Positions 1 through 10,900 of a stretch of DNA of 64,000 nucleotides are shown here, piece by piece (the first letter of the stretch is position 1; each line of letters opens with the position of its first letter). Position numbers and translations under genes: made by a program. Under the pieces are notes generated by a model. It had not been told where the DNA came from and searched no databases. It saw only the letters and a list, made by a program, of their open reading frames with translations. The stretch lies in assembly GCA_963771355.1 (NCBI GenBank), contig CAVYTA010000005.1:320001-384000 (forward strand), given 5' to 3'. Source of the DNA: an uncultured Candidatus Rokubacteria bacterium (GTDB lineage Bacteria; Methylomirabilota; Methylomirabilia; Rokubacteriales; CSP1-6).

Positions 1-2998
1 GTTACGGTCTCCCCCACGAGGACGCTCGTCGGGCTCGGCGTCACCGCAGTGATCGTCGGCGCCACATTCGTCACGTTGATCGTCTTGCTGTCGTTCCCGA
101 CGCCCCCGTCCTTGTCCGTCGCCGACAGCTCACCACATAGGTCCCGTTATCGTCCGGCGTGAAGCTGAAGCCCGCGTCACTCCCCGTCGACCCGAAGGGA
201 GCCCCGTTCTTCGTCACGCTCCAGCTCCGCGTGAACCCAGCGGCGGTGTCCTGCGAGCTCGGGTCCGTCACGGTGCTTCCCAGATTGATCGCGGTGCCCT
301 CGGGGCTGCTCGCCGGTGCCCCCGTGATGGCTGCCGTCGGCGGCACGTTGGTCACGGTGATCGTCTTGCTGTCGTTCCCGACGCCGCCATCCTTGTCCGT
401 CGCCGACAGGCTCACCACATAGGTTCCGTTGTCGTCCGGCGTGAAGCTGAGGCCCGCCCCGATTGCCCGATGCAAACGGGCTCCCATTCTTTGTCACGCT
501 CCAGGCAAACGTGAACCCGGCGGCGGTGTCGGCCGAGCTCGGGTCCGTTACGGTGCTTCCCAGAGTGATCGTCGTGCCCTCGGGGCTGCTCGCCGGTGCC
601 CCCGTGATGGCCGCCGTCGGCGGCACGTTGGTCACGGTGATCGTCTTGCTGTCGTTCCCGACGCCGCCATCCTTGTCCGTCGCCGACAGGCTCACCACAT
701 AGGTTCCGTTGTCGTCCGGCGTGAAGCTGAGGCCCGCCCCGATGCCCGATGCAAACGGGCTCCCATTCTTTGTGACGCTCCAGGCAAACGTGAACCCGGC
801 GGCGGTGTCTGCCGAGCTCGGGTCCGTTACGCTGCTTCCCAGATTGATCGCGGTGCCCTCGGGGCTGCTCGCCGGTGCCCCCGTGATGGCTGCCGTCGGC
901 GGCACGTTGGTCACGGTGATCGTCTTGCTGTCGTTCCCGACGCCGCCATCCTTGTCTGTCGCCGACAGGCTCACCACATAGGTTCCGTTGTCGTCCGGCG
1001 TGAAGCTGAGGCCCGCCCCGATGCCCGATGCAAACGGGCTCCCATTCTTTGTGACGCTCCAGGCAAACGTGAACCCGGCGGCGGTGTCGGCCGAGCTCGG
1101 GTCCGTTACGGTGCTTCCCAGAGTGATCGTCGCGCCCTCGGCGCTGCTCGCCGGTGCCCCCATGATGGCTGCCGTCGGCGGCACGTTGCTGACCGTGAGG
1201 GAGAACGTGGTCGTCGCGGTCCCGCCATTACCGTCGTTGGCGGTGATCGTCACGGTTTGACTCTGAGCCGGACCGTCGGTCGTGGCGAACGACCAGCTCC
1301 AGGTGCCGGCCGCATTGGTCCCGGACTTGCTGACTGACCCGACGGAGGCGGATAGCGCGACCGTGTCGCCCGCGTTCGCGTCCGACCAGGTCCCGGAGTT
1401 GGAAGCCGTCGCACCCTCGTTCACAGCCACTGATCCGTTGTTACGTGCGATGGTCGGCGGGGTGTTGTCCGGCACGAGGGCAAAGTTCTTGCGCCGTGAC
1501 CGGCGTGGTATTGGTGATCGCGAACGAGGGGTGAGGTCTTGCGTCACGTATCCGTGATTTCGAAGCGGTGATCGAGATCGTGGCATTGAATTGCCAGCAA
1601 ACTGAACGGTTAGCGTAGTAGTTTCCCGTCGCGTCGGCGCTCGTCGTGGTGTTGAGGTCCCATTGCAGCCATTGGCCGCGGGTGGCAGCTGAGCTGCTGC
1701 CCGCGATGCGGAGCATTGCGTGCTGGCGTGCCCTTCACAGTGCCGCTCACCGTTTGATTCGCGTCCGCCCGGTACGGCCCCACGAACGGCCCGCCCTCGG
1801 CCAGGGGGTCGGCGCCGGCGGGCTGGATGGACTCGGTCGCCGTCGAGGCGAGGGCGCGGGCCATATTGATGCGCCCGTTGCCGGTCTGGATCTGGGTGCC
1901 GGCGGGGTCGGCGGTGCTGGCGATGCGGAAGACGATGACGCCATTCGAGAGCGTCGGGTCGACGGCCTTCATGAACGCGGCAAGACCCGCGACGTGGGCG
2001 GCCGCGGCCGAGGTGCCGTTGATCACCGCGTAGGCGTCACCGGAGCTCGTCGTCGGGATGTCGGTGCCGGGGGCGGCGATGAAGACCGCCTGACCCTCGT
2101 TGCTGAAGGCGGCTTGCGCGTCGTTCTGGTCGGTGGCGGCCACGCCCATCACGCCGCGGTCTCCGGCCGGGAACGCCGGAGTGCTCAAGGCGCTGTTGCC
2201 GGCCGAGGCCACGAGTACGACGCCACGCGACCACGCGTAGTCGATTGCCTCCTGGAGCGCGGGGCTGAAGCCCGGGTTGCTGAACGCCATCAGGATGACG
2301 TGGGCGCCGTGGTCGACTGCCCATATCACGCCTGCGATCACGTCGCTGTCGAGGCCCTCGCCGTTCGCGTTGAGCACGGTCACCGGCATGATCCGCACGC
2401 CGTCGTAGGCGACACCGGCGATGCCGTCGGGCGACGTGCCGCCGGTCTGGGCGGCGATGATGCCCGCCAGCCACGTGCCGTGGCCGCTCGGATCCGTCAT
2501 CCCGTTGGAGCCATCCAGGATCGAGGTCCCGGGGACGACCACGCCGGCCAGCTCGGGATGGAGGGCGTCGACGCCGGTGTCGAGGATGGCAACTTTGGCA
2601 ATACCGGTCGGAGTCACCGTTCCGAACACCTGGTCCCAGGCGATCTTCGGCAGGGCCCACTGGTCCGGGTAGAGGGGATCGCCAGGAACGGACTCGGAAA
2701 GACGGACCTTGTTCTCTTCGGCGCGTTCCACTCGAGGGTCGGCCTGGTAGCGGGCGAGGGTGTCGGCGAGCTCGGCGGCCGGGACACCGATCACGTAGAG
2801 GCGAAGGGCGGGGATGGACGATCTGAGGATGCCGCCGTTGCTTGCGATTACGTCGACCTGCGCTTGATCCGTGAGGCCGGCGACCAGCTTCATGATGATC
2901 GACGCTGGCGGCGCCGATTGCGCCGACGCCAAAGCCGGCAGAAAGAGACCACCGACCAGGCCGATCAAGGCCACGAGCACCGCGAATCGCTTCAACAT
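1..2998 (-). CDS. Secreted S8 (subtilisin-like) serine protease with C-terminal PKD/Ig-like repeats; frameshifted in this sequence, runs off the window
   Basis: ATG at 2998 after GGGGGA; signal peptide MLKRFAVLVALIGLVGGLFLPALASA; triad motifs VAILDTG, SGHGTWLAG, NGTSAAAAHVAG and oxyanion ASAGN. Continues across frameshifts (~1730-1490, ~463, ~130) into repeats 'FTPDDNGTYVVSLSATDKDGG' (ORFs 1610..3142, 1441..1716, 177..1586, 71..487). Confidence 0.85.
62..1185 (-). repeat. About four tandem 279-bp (93 aa) PKD-like coding repeats
   Basis: GGCACGTTGGTCACGGTGATCGTCTTGCTG recurs at 342, 622 and 901 (periods 280 and 279). Three copies are near-identical; the copy nearest the window start is more diverged. 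Confidence 0.9.
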
Positions 2999-3060
2999 GT
3001 TGTCCCCCGTTTGCGCTTTTCGATCGTTCGACAGACCACCCGCGTCACCTATAGAACATA

Positions 3061-3077
3061 GGCATGACCCGTGCCAT
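3061..3077 (-). promoter_or_regulatory. sigma54 (-24/-12) promoter of the S8 protease gene
   Basis: Minus strand reads TGGCACG-GGTC-ATGC versus consensus TGGCACG-N4-TTGC, about 60 bp upstream of the ATG. Confidence 0.7.
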
Positions 3078-3094
3078 CCACCGAGCGTGCCGAG

Positions 3095-3120
3095 GACAAC
3101 GTAATAACAGCCACTTACGG
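3095..3120. promoter_or_regulatory. 26-bp motif shared with 16821-16846 (IHF-like core)
   Basis: GACAACGTAATAACAGCCACTTACGG versus GACAACGCGATAACAGCCACTTAAGG, 23/26 identical. Confidence 0.55.
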
Positions 3121-3147
3121 AGCGATTCACTGGGAGGAACAAAATGG

Positions 3148-3164
3148 TGTAAAAGAAGTCGACG
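3148..3164. promoter_or_regulatory. Possible enhancer-binding-protein site (TGT-N11-ACA-like)
   Basis: TGT-AAAAGAAGTCG-ACG in an AT-rich patch about 70 bp upstream of the sigma54 motif; one mismatch to the palindrome. Confidence 0.35.
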
Positions 3165-3316
3165 GATTTCGGCCGAAGGGCCCTCCAAAAGGGAGGCTCG
3201 AGCAGACGATCAGGCGGACGAGCGCCGCGGTGCTGTTAGGCGGTGGGTACTGCGATCGACGCCGCGGGCGTCACCCTCAGATGCGGGCGTATCACGAGAG
3301 CGGGAGGAGGAGTCCA

Positions 3317-3361
3317 TCCGGCAGGCGCCGCGCCGGCCCGAGCCGCGCGGCGCCTGCCGGA
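3317..3361 (-). terminator. 17-bp GC-rich hairpin right after the DUF928 stop codon
   Basis: TCCGGCAGGCGCCGCGC ... GCGCGGCGCCTGCCGGA is a perfect inverted repeat; no clear U-tract. Confidence 0.6.
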
Positions 3362-3367
3362 GCCCTT

Positions 3368-4114
3368 CTATTCGCTGGTGGTGTCGGGCAGGCCAACCTG
3401 TCGAAGCAACGCCGAGCGCTGCGTCTTGAGGGCTGGATTCTCCGGAGCCTGATCGATCAGGTCGTTCAGCGCCGTCATTGCGTCGTACCAGAGGCCGGCT
3501 TCGGCGTACAGGGCGGGCAGGTCCGCCTTCGGTGTCCCCGAGGCCTTGGTGGCCAGCCCGTCAGGCAGGGCGACCCGCTCGACGGACCCGCCGGCCAGGA
3601 TGTCCTTCGACCGGCGTCCGGTGTCGGGCATGACGGCGACGTACCAGTGGTAGGCGACCCCGGGCGCCAGCCGGACGCCGTGGTCGGCCAGCCGGACGCT
3701 ATGGACGCCCGCCTTGACCGGCGGCTCGATGCGCAGCTCGACGAGGGGGTCGCTCTTCTGCGGATCGACGAGGGTAAGCTCGACCGGGTGTGAGCTGGGG
3801 CTGGAGATGAACCAGTACAGCACCGGCTGCTCGCTGGACGTCAGCCCCGTGTGGGCCGGCGCCAGGACCGAGAGGATGAACGCCTCACGGCCCGTTCCGC
3901 GGGTGCCGCCACCGACCCGGCCGCCGGGGGCCCCCCGCAAGGGCGGCTTGTAGACCGGCGCCGACGCGGTGGCCTTGGCGTCGGGGGTCGCAGCCGCCGG
4001 CGGTTTCTGCTGCGCATGGCCCGGGGCCACGGGGACAAGGACCGTGAGGGAACACAGGGCGATGGATGCGATCGCGATGCGCTCCAGGGCCAAAAACCTC
4101 GACGCTGCGCTCAT
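3368..4114 (-). CDS. DUF928 domain-containing exported protein
   Basis: Signal peptide ending GHA-QQ; motifs YKPPLRGAPGGRVGGGTRG, GLTSSEQPVLYWFI, LYAEAGLWYDA...LLRQVGL; ATGA overlap with the cyclase stop at 4111. Confidence 0.85.
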   Translation of the reverse strand: MSAASRFLALERIAIASIALCSLTVLVPVAPGHAQQKPPAAATPDAKATASAPVYKPPLRGAPGGRVGGGTRGTGREAFILSVLAPAHTGLTSSEQPVLYWFISSPSSHPVELTLVDPQKSDPLVELRIEPPVKAGVHSVRLADHGVRLAPGVAYHWYVAVMPDTGRRSKDILAGGSVERVALPDGLATKASGTPKADLPALYAEAGLWYDAMTALNDLIDQAPENPALKTQRSALLRQVGLPDTTSE

Positions 4115-6171
4115 TGCTGTGCCTCCCGCGGCAGCCCGGTTCCGGCGACGCGTGACGTCGCGCGGGGAGGGTCTCCCGCCTGTAACGGTCGCGACCCGGC
4201 GAGGGACTCGGCCGAGCTCTGGACCGGCTCCGGCTTCCGCTCGCCTAGCACTCGATAGATCGTGACCAGCTGCTGTTTCCCTTTGAGTCGCTCCTCGGCG
4301 ACCCACTCGGTGTCGAACACGTCAGCCACGTACGCATGCGTGGAGTCCCCGATGAGGGTCCGGCATGGTCGGGTGAGAGGATCGGGCGGGTGCACGTCCT
4401 TGTCGAAGCTCTCCAGTCTCGAGGCGGTGTTCAGGGTGTCGCCCACCACAACGTACTCCCAACGATCGGTGCTGCCAAGGGTGCCCGAAACGGCCTCTCC
4501 GGTGACGATCCCGACCCGCATGCCGGTGACCGGCCTCCCGGCCGCCAGCCAGACCTGGTTGAGCTCGAGCAACCGGCGCTCCAGCGCCAGGGCACACCGT
4601 ACGGCGTTGACCGCATCGCGGGCGATCTCGGCCTCGGTACGCCGGGGTACCGGCACGCCGAAAAGGGCCACGATCGAGTCGCCGGCATACTGTCGGATGA
4701 CACCGCCGTGACCGCTGATCTCCGGCGCCAACGCGCCCATGTATTCGTTGAGCCAATCCATGAGCGACTCCGGGCCGACACGCTCGGAAACGGTCGTGAA
4801 TCCGGTCAGGTCCGTGAACAACGCGGTCACCACGAGGCGCTGGGGGCGGGGCCGGCCGCCGCCGGCGAACTGTTCCCGGTCGCGCCAGATGGCTTCTGCC
4901 ACTTCCTTGGACACATGCTGCGAGAAGAGACGCATCAGCATACCGCGTTCCGCGCTCTCTCGATAGGAACGATATGCGACCACAAAGCCGGTCGCGCCGA
5001 GCCAGGCGAGCCCCGGCGGCACCACCGGCCACCACCACCCTTTGACAAAGGCGACGTAGGCGGTCCCCGCGATCAGGATGAGACCCACGGCGACGGCCAC
5101 GGTCAGGCTGAACGCGTTGAGCGTCCGGACGCCGAGGAATGCTCCCAGGCCGGCCCAGAGGAGGACCCACAGCCAGCCAAGCCACAGGGGAGGGCTCCAG
5201 AGCGGACGCTCGCCCTTGAGCGCGGTGCGGAGGAGCTGGCTGACGAGGTGAGCGTGGATCTCGACGCCCGGAACTTGCTGTTTCGGACGCAGCCCGGCGC
5301 TGAGCGGGGTGTAGAAGTCGTCCTTGACGCTCTCGGCGGTCACTCCGATCAGGACGACGCGGCCTCGTACCAGCTCGGGAGGCACTTCGCCCCGCAGGAC
5401 GGCGCCGAGCGAGACCCGCTGGAACGGCCCGGGGCCGGCGAGATAGTCGACCAGGAACTGGTAACCACCGGCGTCCAGGCCGACATACGGCCCATCGTTC
5501 GGCCCGAGGGGGCGGATCGCGGTCGGACCGAGCTTGACGAGGGACGCGTCGGCGGCATCGGCGCCGAGCCCCAGTCCCTCCGGCTCCAGATAGTGCAGGG
5601 CCAGGCGAAGGGCGAACGCGTACAGCGCCGTCTCGCCGTCGTCCAGGAAGAGAAGGCCTCGCCGCACGATGCCGCCCGAGTCGACGACGATGTCGTTGAA
5701 GCCCACCTTCTCCGTGCCTTTCACCACCCGGGGCGGCGCCACCCCGGCCGAGGAGCCGTCGGCGAACTTCGTCACCACCACGACCGGCTGCGGCCCGCGA
5801 AGAATGAAATCGAGCTCGAGGGAGCCCGGCGCCACCGGCACGTCTCGATAGATGTCCAGCCCGATTGCCCGGGGGCCGAGGGCGAGCAGCGCGTCGAGCG
5901 TCTGCGCCAGCACCGCGTCGGTGAGCGGCCAGGTGCCCAGCTCCTGGATGTCGCGCTCGCTGATGGTCACCACGACGATGCGGGGGTCGGGCATCGCGTC
6001 CGGCCCCGGCGCCCGGATCCGGAGGAAGCGGTCGTAATGAGCGAGCTCCGCCGGCTCGAGGAGCCGCAACCCGCGCAGGCCCAGCACGATCGCGGCGACG
6101 GCGAGGGCGACCACGATGGGGACGACCCAACCGGGAAGGGAGGTGGGCAGCACGAGTCGGAGTCGGCGCAT
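4111..6171 (-). CDS. CHASE2-domain class III adenylate/guanylate cyclase
   Basis: N-terminal TM; CHASE2 motifs (DPRIVVVTISERDI, GPRAIGLDIYRD, GRVVLIG, VPGVEIHAHLVSQLL); three TMs; cyclase motifs LFTDLTGFT, QYAGDSI, GDTLNTASRLE. Confidence 0.92.
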   Translation of the reverse strand: MRRLRLVLPTSLPGWVVPIVVALAVAAIVLGLRGLRLLEPAELAHYDRFLRIRAPGPDAMPDPRIVVVTISERDIQELGTWPLTDAVLAQTLDALLALGPRAIGLDIYRDVPVAPGSLELDFILRGPQPVVVVTKFADGSSAGVAPPRVVKGTEKVGFNDIVVDSGGIVRRGLLFLDDGETALYAFALRLALHYLEPEGLGLGADAADASLVKLGPTAIRPLGPNDGPYVGLDAGGYQFLVDYLAGPGPFQRVSLGAVLRGEVPPELVRGRVVLIGVTAESVKDDFYTPLSAGLRPKQQVPGVEIHAHLVSQLLRTALKGERPLWSPPLWLGWLWVLLWAGLGAFLGVRTLNAFSLTVAVAVGLILIAGTAYVAFVKGWWWPVVPPGLAWLGATGFVVAYRSYRESAERGMLMRLFSQHVSKEVAEAIWRDREQFAGGGRPRPQRLVVTALFTDLTGFTTVSERVGPESLMDWLNEYMGALAPEISGHGGVIRQYAGDSIVALFGVPVPRRTEAEIARDAVNAVRCALALERRLLELNQVWLAAGRPVTGMRVGIVTGEAVSGTLGSTDRWEYVVVGDTLNTASRLESFDKDVHPPDPLTRPCRTLIGDSTHAYVADVFDTEWVAEERLKGKQQLVTIYRVLGERKPEPVQSSAESLAGSRPLQAGDPPRATSRVAGTGLPREAQQ

Positions 6172-6172
6172 C

Positions 6173-7918
6173 TCAGAACGCCGCCAGCAAGAACTGGAAG
6201 TGCACGCCGGCCTGCCCCTTCTCCCCGTGGCGATCCTTGGTGACGATAACGTCCTGGAACGTGTCGGGGCTGCCGATGATCCTGACATCCCGCAGCCGGT
6301 ATCCGAAATATATCTCGAACTGAGGCTTCACCGACACGACGCCCGGGAAGGTGAGGGCCCACCGGAGGCCAATCCCCACACTGGAGATGTCGATGGGATC
6401 CGGCGTCTCCCCCACCGCGCTCCACCCGCGGCCGTAGTCGAAGAAGGGGGCGAGCTCCAGGTAGTCCGCCCACCGCGTATTGCGGACCAGGGGCACCCGC
6501 AGCTCGACCGAGGCCAGCAAGGCATTGTCCCGAACGAGCGTGTTTTCCCGGTAGCCACGGACGGTGAAGCGGCCACCGATCGACACCTGCTCGAGCGTGA
6601 GGAGCGGATCGGGGGTGAGCTGCACGTCGGCCCGGACGATCAGCTGGCTGTCCAGGACCGGGAGGCGACTCGCCCACTGGACCTGCCCCAGCCAGGAGAA
6701 GAATCTCCCGTCGGGCACGTCAGGATCGGAATTCACAGTGGCCCCCAGCGCGTCGATGCCGAACGAGAAGCGCGACCGCAGGGCGATGGCCTGGCGCTGC
6801 GTCCGGTGGACGAATTCCTGGGCCACGCGCAACGCGCTCACGACGGTCTCCCCGTCGTCCGTGGAGCCCGGCAAGAGCGGAAACCCCTTGCCGAGGAGCG
6901 ACGTGGTCTCCTTGAGCCGCTCGCCGATCAGCTCGACCGCCACCGCGGTCTGGGGCGTGCGATACACAGGCTGTCGGATTCCCGCAGTGAAGATCTCCGA
7001 CTCGCTCTTGATGTCCAGCTCCCTGAACTGCTCGTCGACGATGCTGAACGCATTCCGCCGGTACTGAAAGCTCGCCGTCGTGTCCCAGGCGTTGAGGGGA
7101 ACGGCGTACCGGAAGTCCAGCAGCGGATCCAGCCCGTCCGAGCGTCCGTATCGGAGGGTGAGGATGTCTCCCCAGCCGAGCAGATTGACGTTCTCGAGCG
7201 TGACGATGCCGCGCTCCGCGCCGACCGAGGTCGACTGGTGGTTGTTGAAGTCCAGCAGGAGGCGGAAGGGCTGGCGATCCTCGACCTGCACGTCGAGCAC
7301 GCTCTCACCGGGCCGGAGGCCGGGCTTGAGGTCCACCCGGAGGCGCTGGATCCGCGGATCGTCGAGGAGCAGCTGGATCTGGCGCTGGAGCTCGTTGACG
7401 TTGAGGGGGGCGGTGAACGCAAGCCGGCGGCGGAGGTAGCCGGTCCGGAACCACCGGTTCCCGCTGATGTTGAGCTCGCTCACGCCCCCCTCGATCACCT
7501 GATAGGTGACCTGGCCATCCTGGATGGTCTGGTCGGGAAGGATCACGCCCGAGTTCACGAAGCCCGCATCCGCGTACAGCCGCGACAGCTCGAGTCGGAG
7601 CGCCTGGAGATCTTCCTGGGTGAGATACCGGTTCTCGTAGCGCTCGGTGATCTTCGCCAGGGCTTCGGGGGGAAAGACGGTGCTGCCCACCACGTTCACG
7701 CGCTGGACGAACACGCGCAGACGCAGTGGCACTCCGATCTCGGGCTGCCGCGGAGGCGCCAGCGGCGGCAGGACTCCCTCGGGCTCGGCCGGGGGGACCT
7801 GGGCCCTCGCCGAGGCCGGTTGGAGCACGAGGAGGAGGAGGAAGACGATCGAGATGACACTCCCTGCGCGGCGGGAAAGCCGTGCTGCGCAGGCGAGTCG
7901 GTCGCTGCTTACCGTCAC
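6173..7918 (-). CDS. TpsB (ShlB/FhaC/HecB family) outer-membrane transporter
   Basis: Probable GTG start overlapping the TpsA stop; signal peptide; POTRA-like region (LYADAGFVNSGVILPDQ...VIEG); loop motif IGGRFTVRGYREN; C-terminal Phe. Confidence 0.9.
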   Translation of the reverse strand: MTVSSDRLACAARLSRRAGSVISIVFLLLLVLQPASARAQVPPAEPEGVLPPLAPPRQPEIGVPLRLRVFVQRVNVVGSTVFPPEALAKITERYENRYLTQEDLQALRLELSRLYADAGFVNSGVILPDQTIQDGQVTYQVIEGGVSELNISGNRWFRTGYLRRRLAFTAPLNVNELQRQIQLLLDDPRIQRLRVDLKPGLRPGESVLDVQVEDRQPFRLLLDFNNHQSTSVGAERGIVTLENVNLLGWGDILTLRYGRSDGLDPLLDFRYAVPLNAWDTTASFQYRRNAFSIVDEQFRELDIKSESEIFTAGIRQPVYRTPQTAVAVELIGERLKETTSLLGKGFPLLPGSTDDGETVVSALRVAQEFVHRTQRQAIALRSRFSFGIDALGATVNSDPDVPDGRFFSWLGQVQWASRLPVLDSQLIVRADVQLTPDPLLTLEQVSIGGRFTVRGYRENTLVRDNALLASVELRVPLVRNTRWADYLELAPFFDYGRGWSAVGETPDPIDISSVGIGLRWALTFPGVVSVKPQFEIYFGYRLRDVRIIGSPDTFQDVIVTKDRHGEKGQAGVHFQFLLAAF

Positions 7919-10900
7919 CGGCCACACGCCGCGTCCAGATACGACCGGCGGAGCCCGGGCCACTCACTGGCGAGAAACGGCCCCGCGCCCCCGGCCACTC
8001 CGGCGGGTCGGAGCTCCCTCAGCGCGCTCGGCAGGAGGCCGCCGGGCTCGAGGGGCAGCCCCTCGCGGCCGGCGACGACCAGGCTGCTCGTCTTCCCCTC
8101 GGCCAGGCGGGCGGCACAGGAGGCGCGCAGGAGCGCGGCCGCTTCCAGCACCTCGGTCGACAGCTCGGCGAGGCTCCCGCTCACGTCGGTGACCACCGCA
8201 TTGATGTTGACCGTGCCGGGCGCGCTCAGCGCCGACGACGCCGTCACCGCCGTCGCGATGGGCGTGGAGCTGAGCATCACGTTCGCAAAGATGCTGACAT
8301 TGCCGCCCGGACCGCCGAAGGCATCGGCGTGGATGCCCGAGTTGTCCAGCACGATGAAGTCGAGCGGGTGTCCGCTCGATCCGAGGGTAATGTTGCCGCC
8401 CCCGCCGACACCGCTCCGGACGCTCGTGGTGATCTGGCTGTCGATCATGTGCAGCAGCGAGCCGGTGGAGGTGATGGTGATGTTGCCGCCGTCGGCCTGT
8501 ACCGAGTCGGTCGAAATCGACGCGTGATCCATCTCGAACAGGCCGCCGAAGATGATGTTGATGCTCCCCGCGGTGGCGCTGGGGCCGCCGGTGCTCGACG
8601 CCGAGATGGTGCCGCCGTCGGCCAGCCGGATCTGCGGCGCGGCCAGCGTGATGTTCCCGCCGGGCCCCGTGCCGGCGGTGGTGCTGAAGAGGCCGCTCGC
8701 GCCGGTCGGCGACGCCCCGGTGATCGTGATCGACTCGCTGGCGGTCACGTCGATGTTCCCGGCCGGCCCGCTCGCCGGGAGCAGACTGGTGCTCGACGCC
8801 GAGATGGTGCCGCCGTCGGCCAGCTGGATCTGCGGCGCGGCCAGCGTGATGTTCCCGCCGGGCGCCGTGCCGGCGGTCGTGCTGAAGAGGCCGCTCGCGC
8901 CGGTCGGCGATGCCCCGGTGATCGTCATCGATCCGCTGGCGGCCACGTTGATGTCCCGGCCGGCCCGCTCGCCGGCAGCAGACTGGTGCTCGATGCAGAT
9001 ATGCTGCCGCTCGCGCCGGTCGGCGACGCCCCGGTGATCGTCATCGATCCGCTGGCGGCCACGTTGATGTCCCCGGCCGGCCCGCTCGCCGGGAGCAGGC
9101 TGGTGCTCGACGCCGAGATGGTGCCGCCGTCGGCCAGCCGGATCTGCGGCGCGCTCAGCGTGATGTCCCCGCCGGGCCCCGTGCCGGCGGTCGTGGTGAA
9201 GACGCCGGTCGGCGACGCCCCGGTGACGGTGATCGAGTCGCTGGCGGTCACGTTGATGTGCCCGGCCGGCCCGCTCGCCAGGATCACGCCGGTGCTCGAC
9301 GCCGAGATGGTGCCGCCGTCGGCCAGCTGGATCTGCGGCGCGGCCAGCGTGATGTTCCCGCCGGGCGCCGTGCCGGCGGTCGTGCTGAAGAGGCCGCTCG
9401 CGCCGGTCGGCGACGCCCCGGTGATCGTGATCGATCCGCTGGCGGCCACGTTGATGTCCCCGGCCGGCCCGCTCGCCGGGAGCAGGCTGGTGCTCGACGC
9501 CGAGATGGTGCCGCCGTCGGCCAGCTGGATCTGCGGCGCGCTCAGCGTGATGTCCCCGCCGGGCCCCGTGCCGGCGGTCGTGGTGAAGACGCCGCTCGGG
9601 CCGGGAAGCCCCGATGCGCCGGTCGGCGACGCCCCGGTGACGGTGATCGAGTCGCTGGCGGTCACGTTGATGTGCCCGGCCGGCCCGCTCGCCAGAGATC
9701 ACGCCGGTGCTCGACGCCGAGATGGTGCCGCCGTCGGCCAGCTGGATCTGCGGCGCGGCCAGCGTGATGTTCCCGCCGGGCGCCGTGCCGGCGGTCGTGC
9801 TGAAGAGGCCGCTCGCGCCGGTCGGCGACGCCCCGGTGATCGTGATCGATCCGCTGGCGGCCACGTTGATGTCCCCGGCCGGCTCGCTCGCCGGGAGCAG
9901 GCTGGTGCTCGACGCCGAGATGGTGCCGCCGTCGGCCAGCCGGATCTGCGGCGCGCTCAGCGTGATGTCCCCGCCGGGCCCCGTGCCGGCGGTCGTGCTG
10001 AAGATGCCGCTCGGGACGGGAAGCACCGACTCGCCGGACGGCGACGCCCCGGTGATCGTGATCGAGTCGCTGGCGGTCACGTTGATGTGCCCGGCCGGCC
10101 CGCTCGCCAGGATCACGCCGGTGCTCGACGCCGAGATGGTGCCGCCGTCGAAGAGCTGGATCTGGGCGGACCGGATGGTGATGTTCCCGCCGGGCGCCAT
10201 GCCGGCGGTCGTGCTGAAGATCCCGCTCCGGGCGTCGTTGACGAAGCCCCCGAACGGGGCGGGAAGCACCGACTCGCCGGTCGGCGACGCCCCGGCGATC
10301 GTGATCGACTCGCTGGCAGTGACGTCTATTTGCCCGGCCGGCCCGGTCGCAAAGAGCACGCTGCTGCTCGCGACTTGACCGCCCCCGGTGAGCAGCAGCG
10401 TCCCGACGTTGAGCACGATGGCACCCGCCCGCCCGGTCTCCAGGGTGCTCGAGTTGATGAACCCCCCATCGATCACGACCGTTGGCGCCGAGAGGGTCAC
10501 GCTGCCGACGTCCTGGCGGAAGGTCTGGCTCGAGATCCCCGCCCGATCGGTGATGCTGACCGGGCCGTGGGCCGTAACGGTGATGCCGCCCCCCTGCGCC
10601 GTGACGTCGCCGCTCTGGATCACTGCCTGACTGCGGAGGTCGAGGCTGCCCACGTCGAGGGTGATGCGCCCGGCAGGCGTCGGATCTCCCAGCGGCGTCG
10701 TGCCCGAGCTGCTGCTGGTGAAGATGCCGGTCGGGCTCGTCGTGCTGCCCGCCCCCGAGATCAGGGCGGGTCCCGTCACCGTCACCGTCACGTTGCCGCC
10801 GGGCAAGGCGCTGGCCGCGTTGTGGCTGCCGATTGTGCTGCCCGCCATCAGATTGAAGGACCCCGCGTTGACCGAGATGTCGCCCGCCCGCCCGTCGTCC

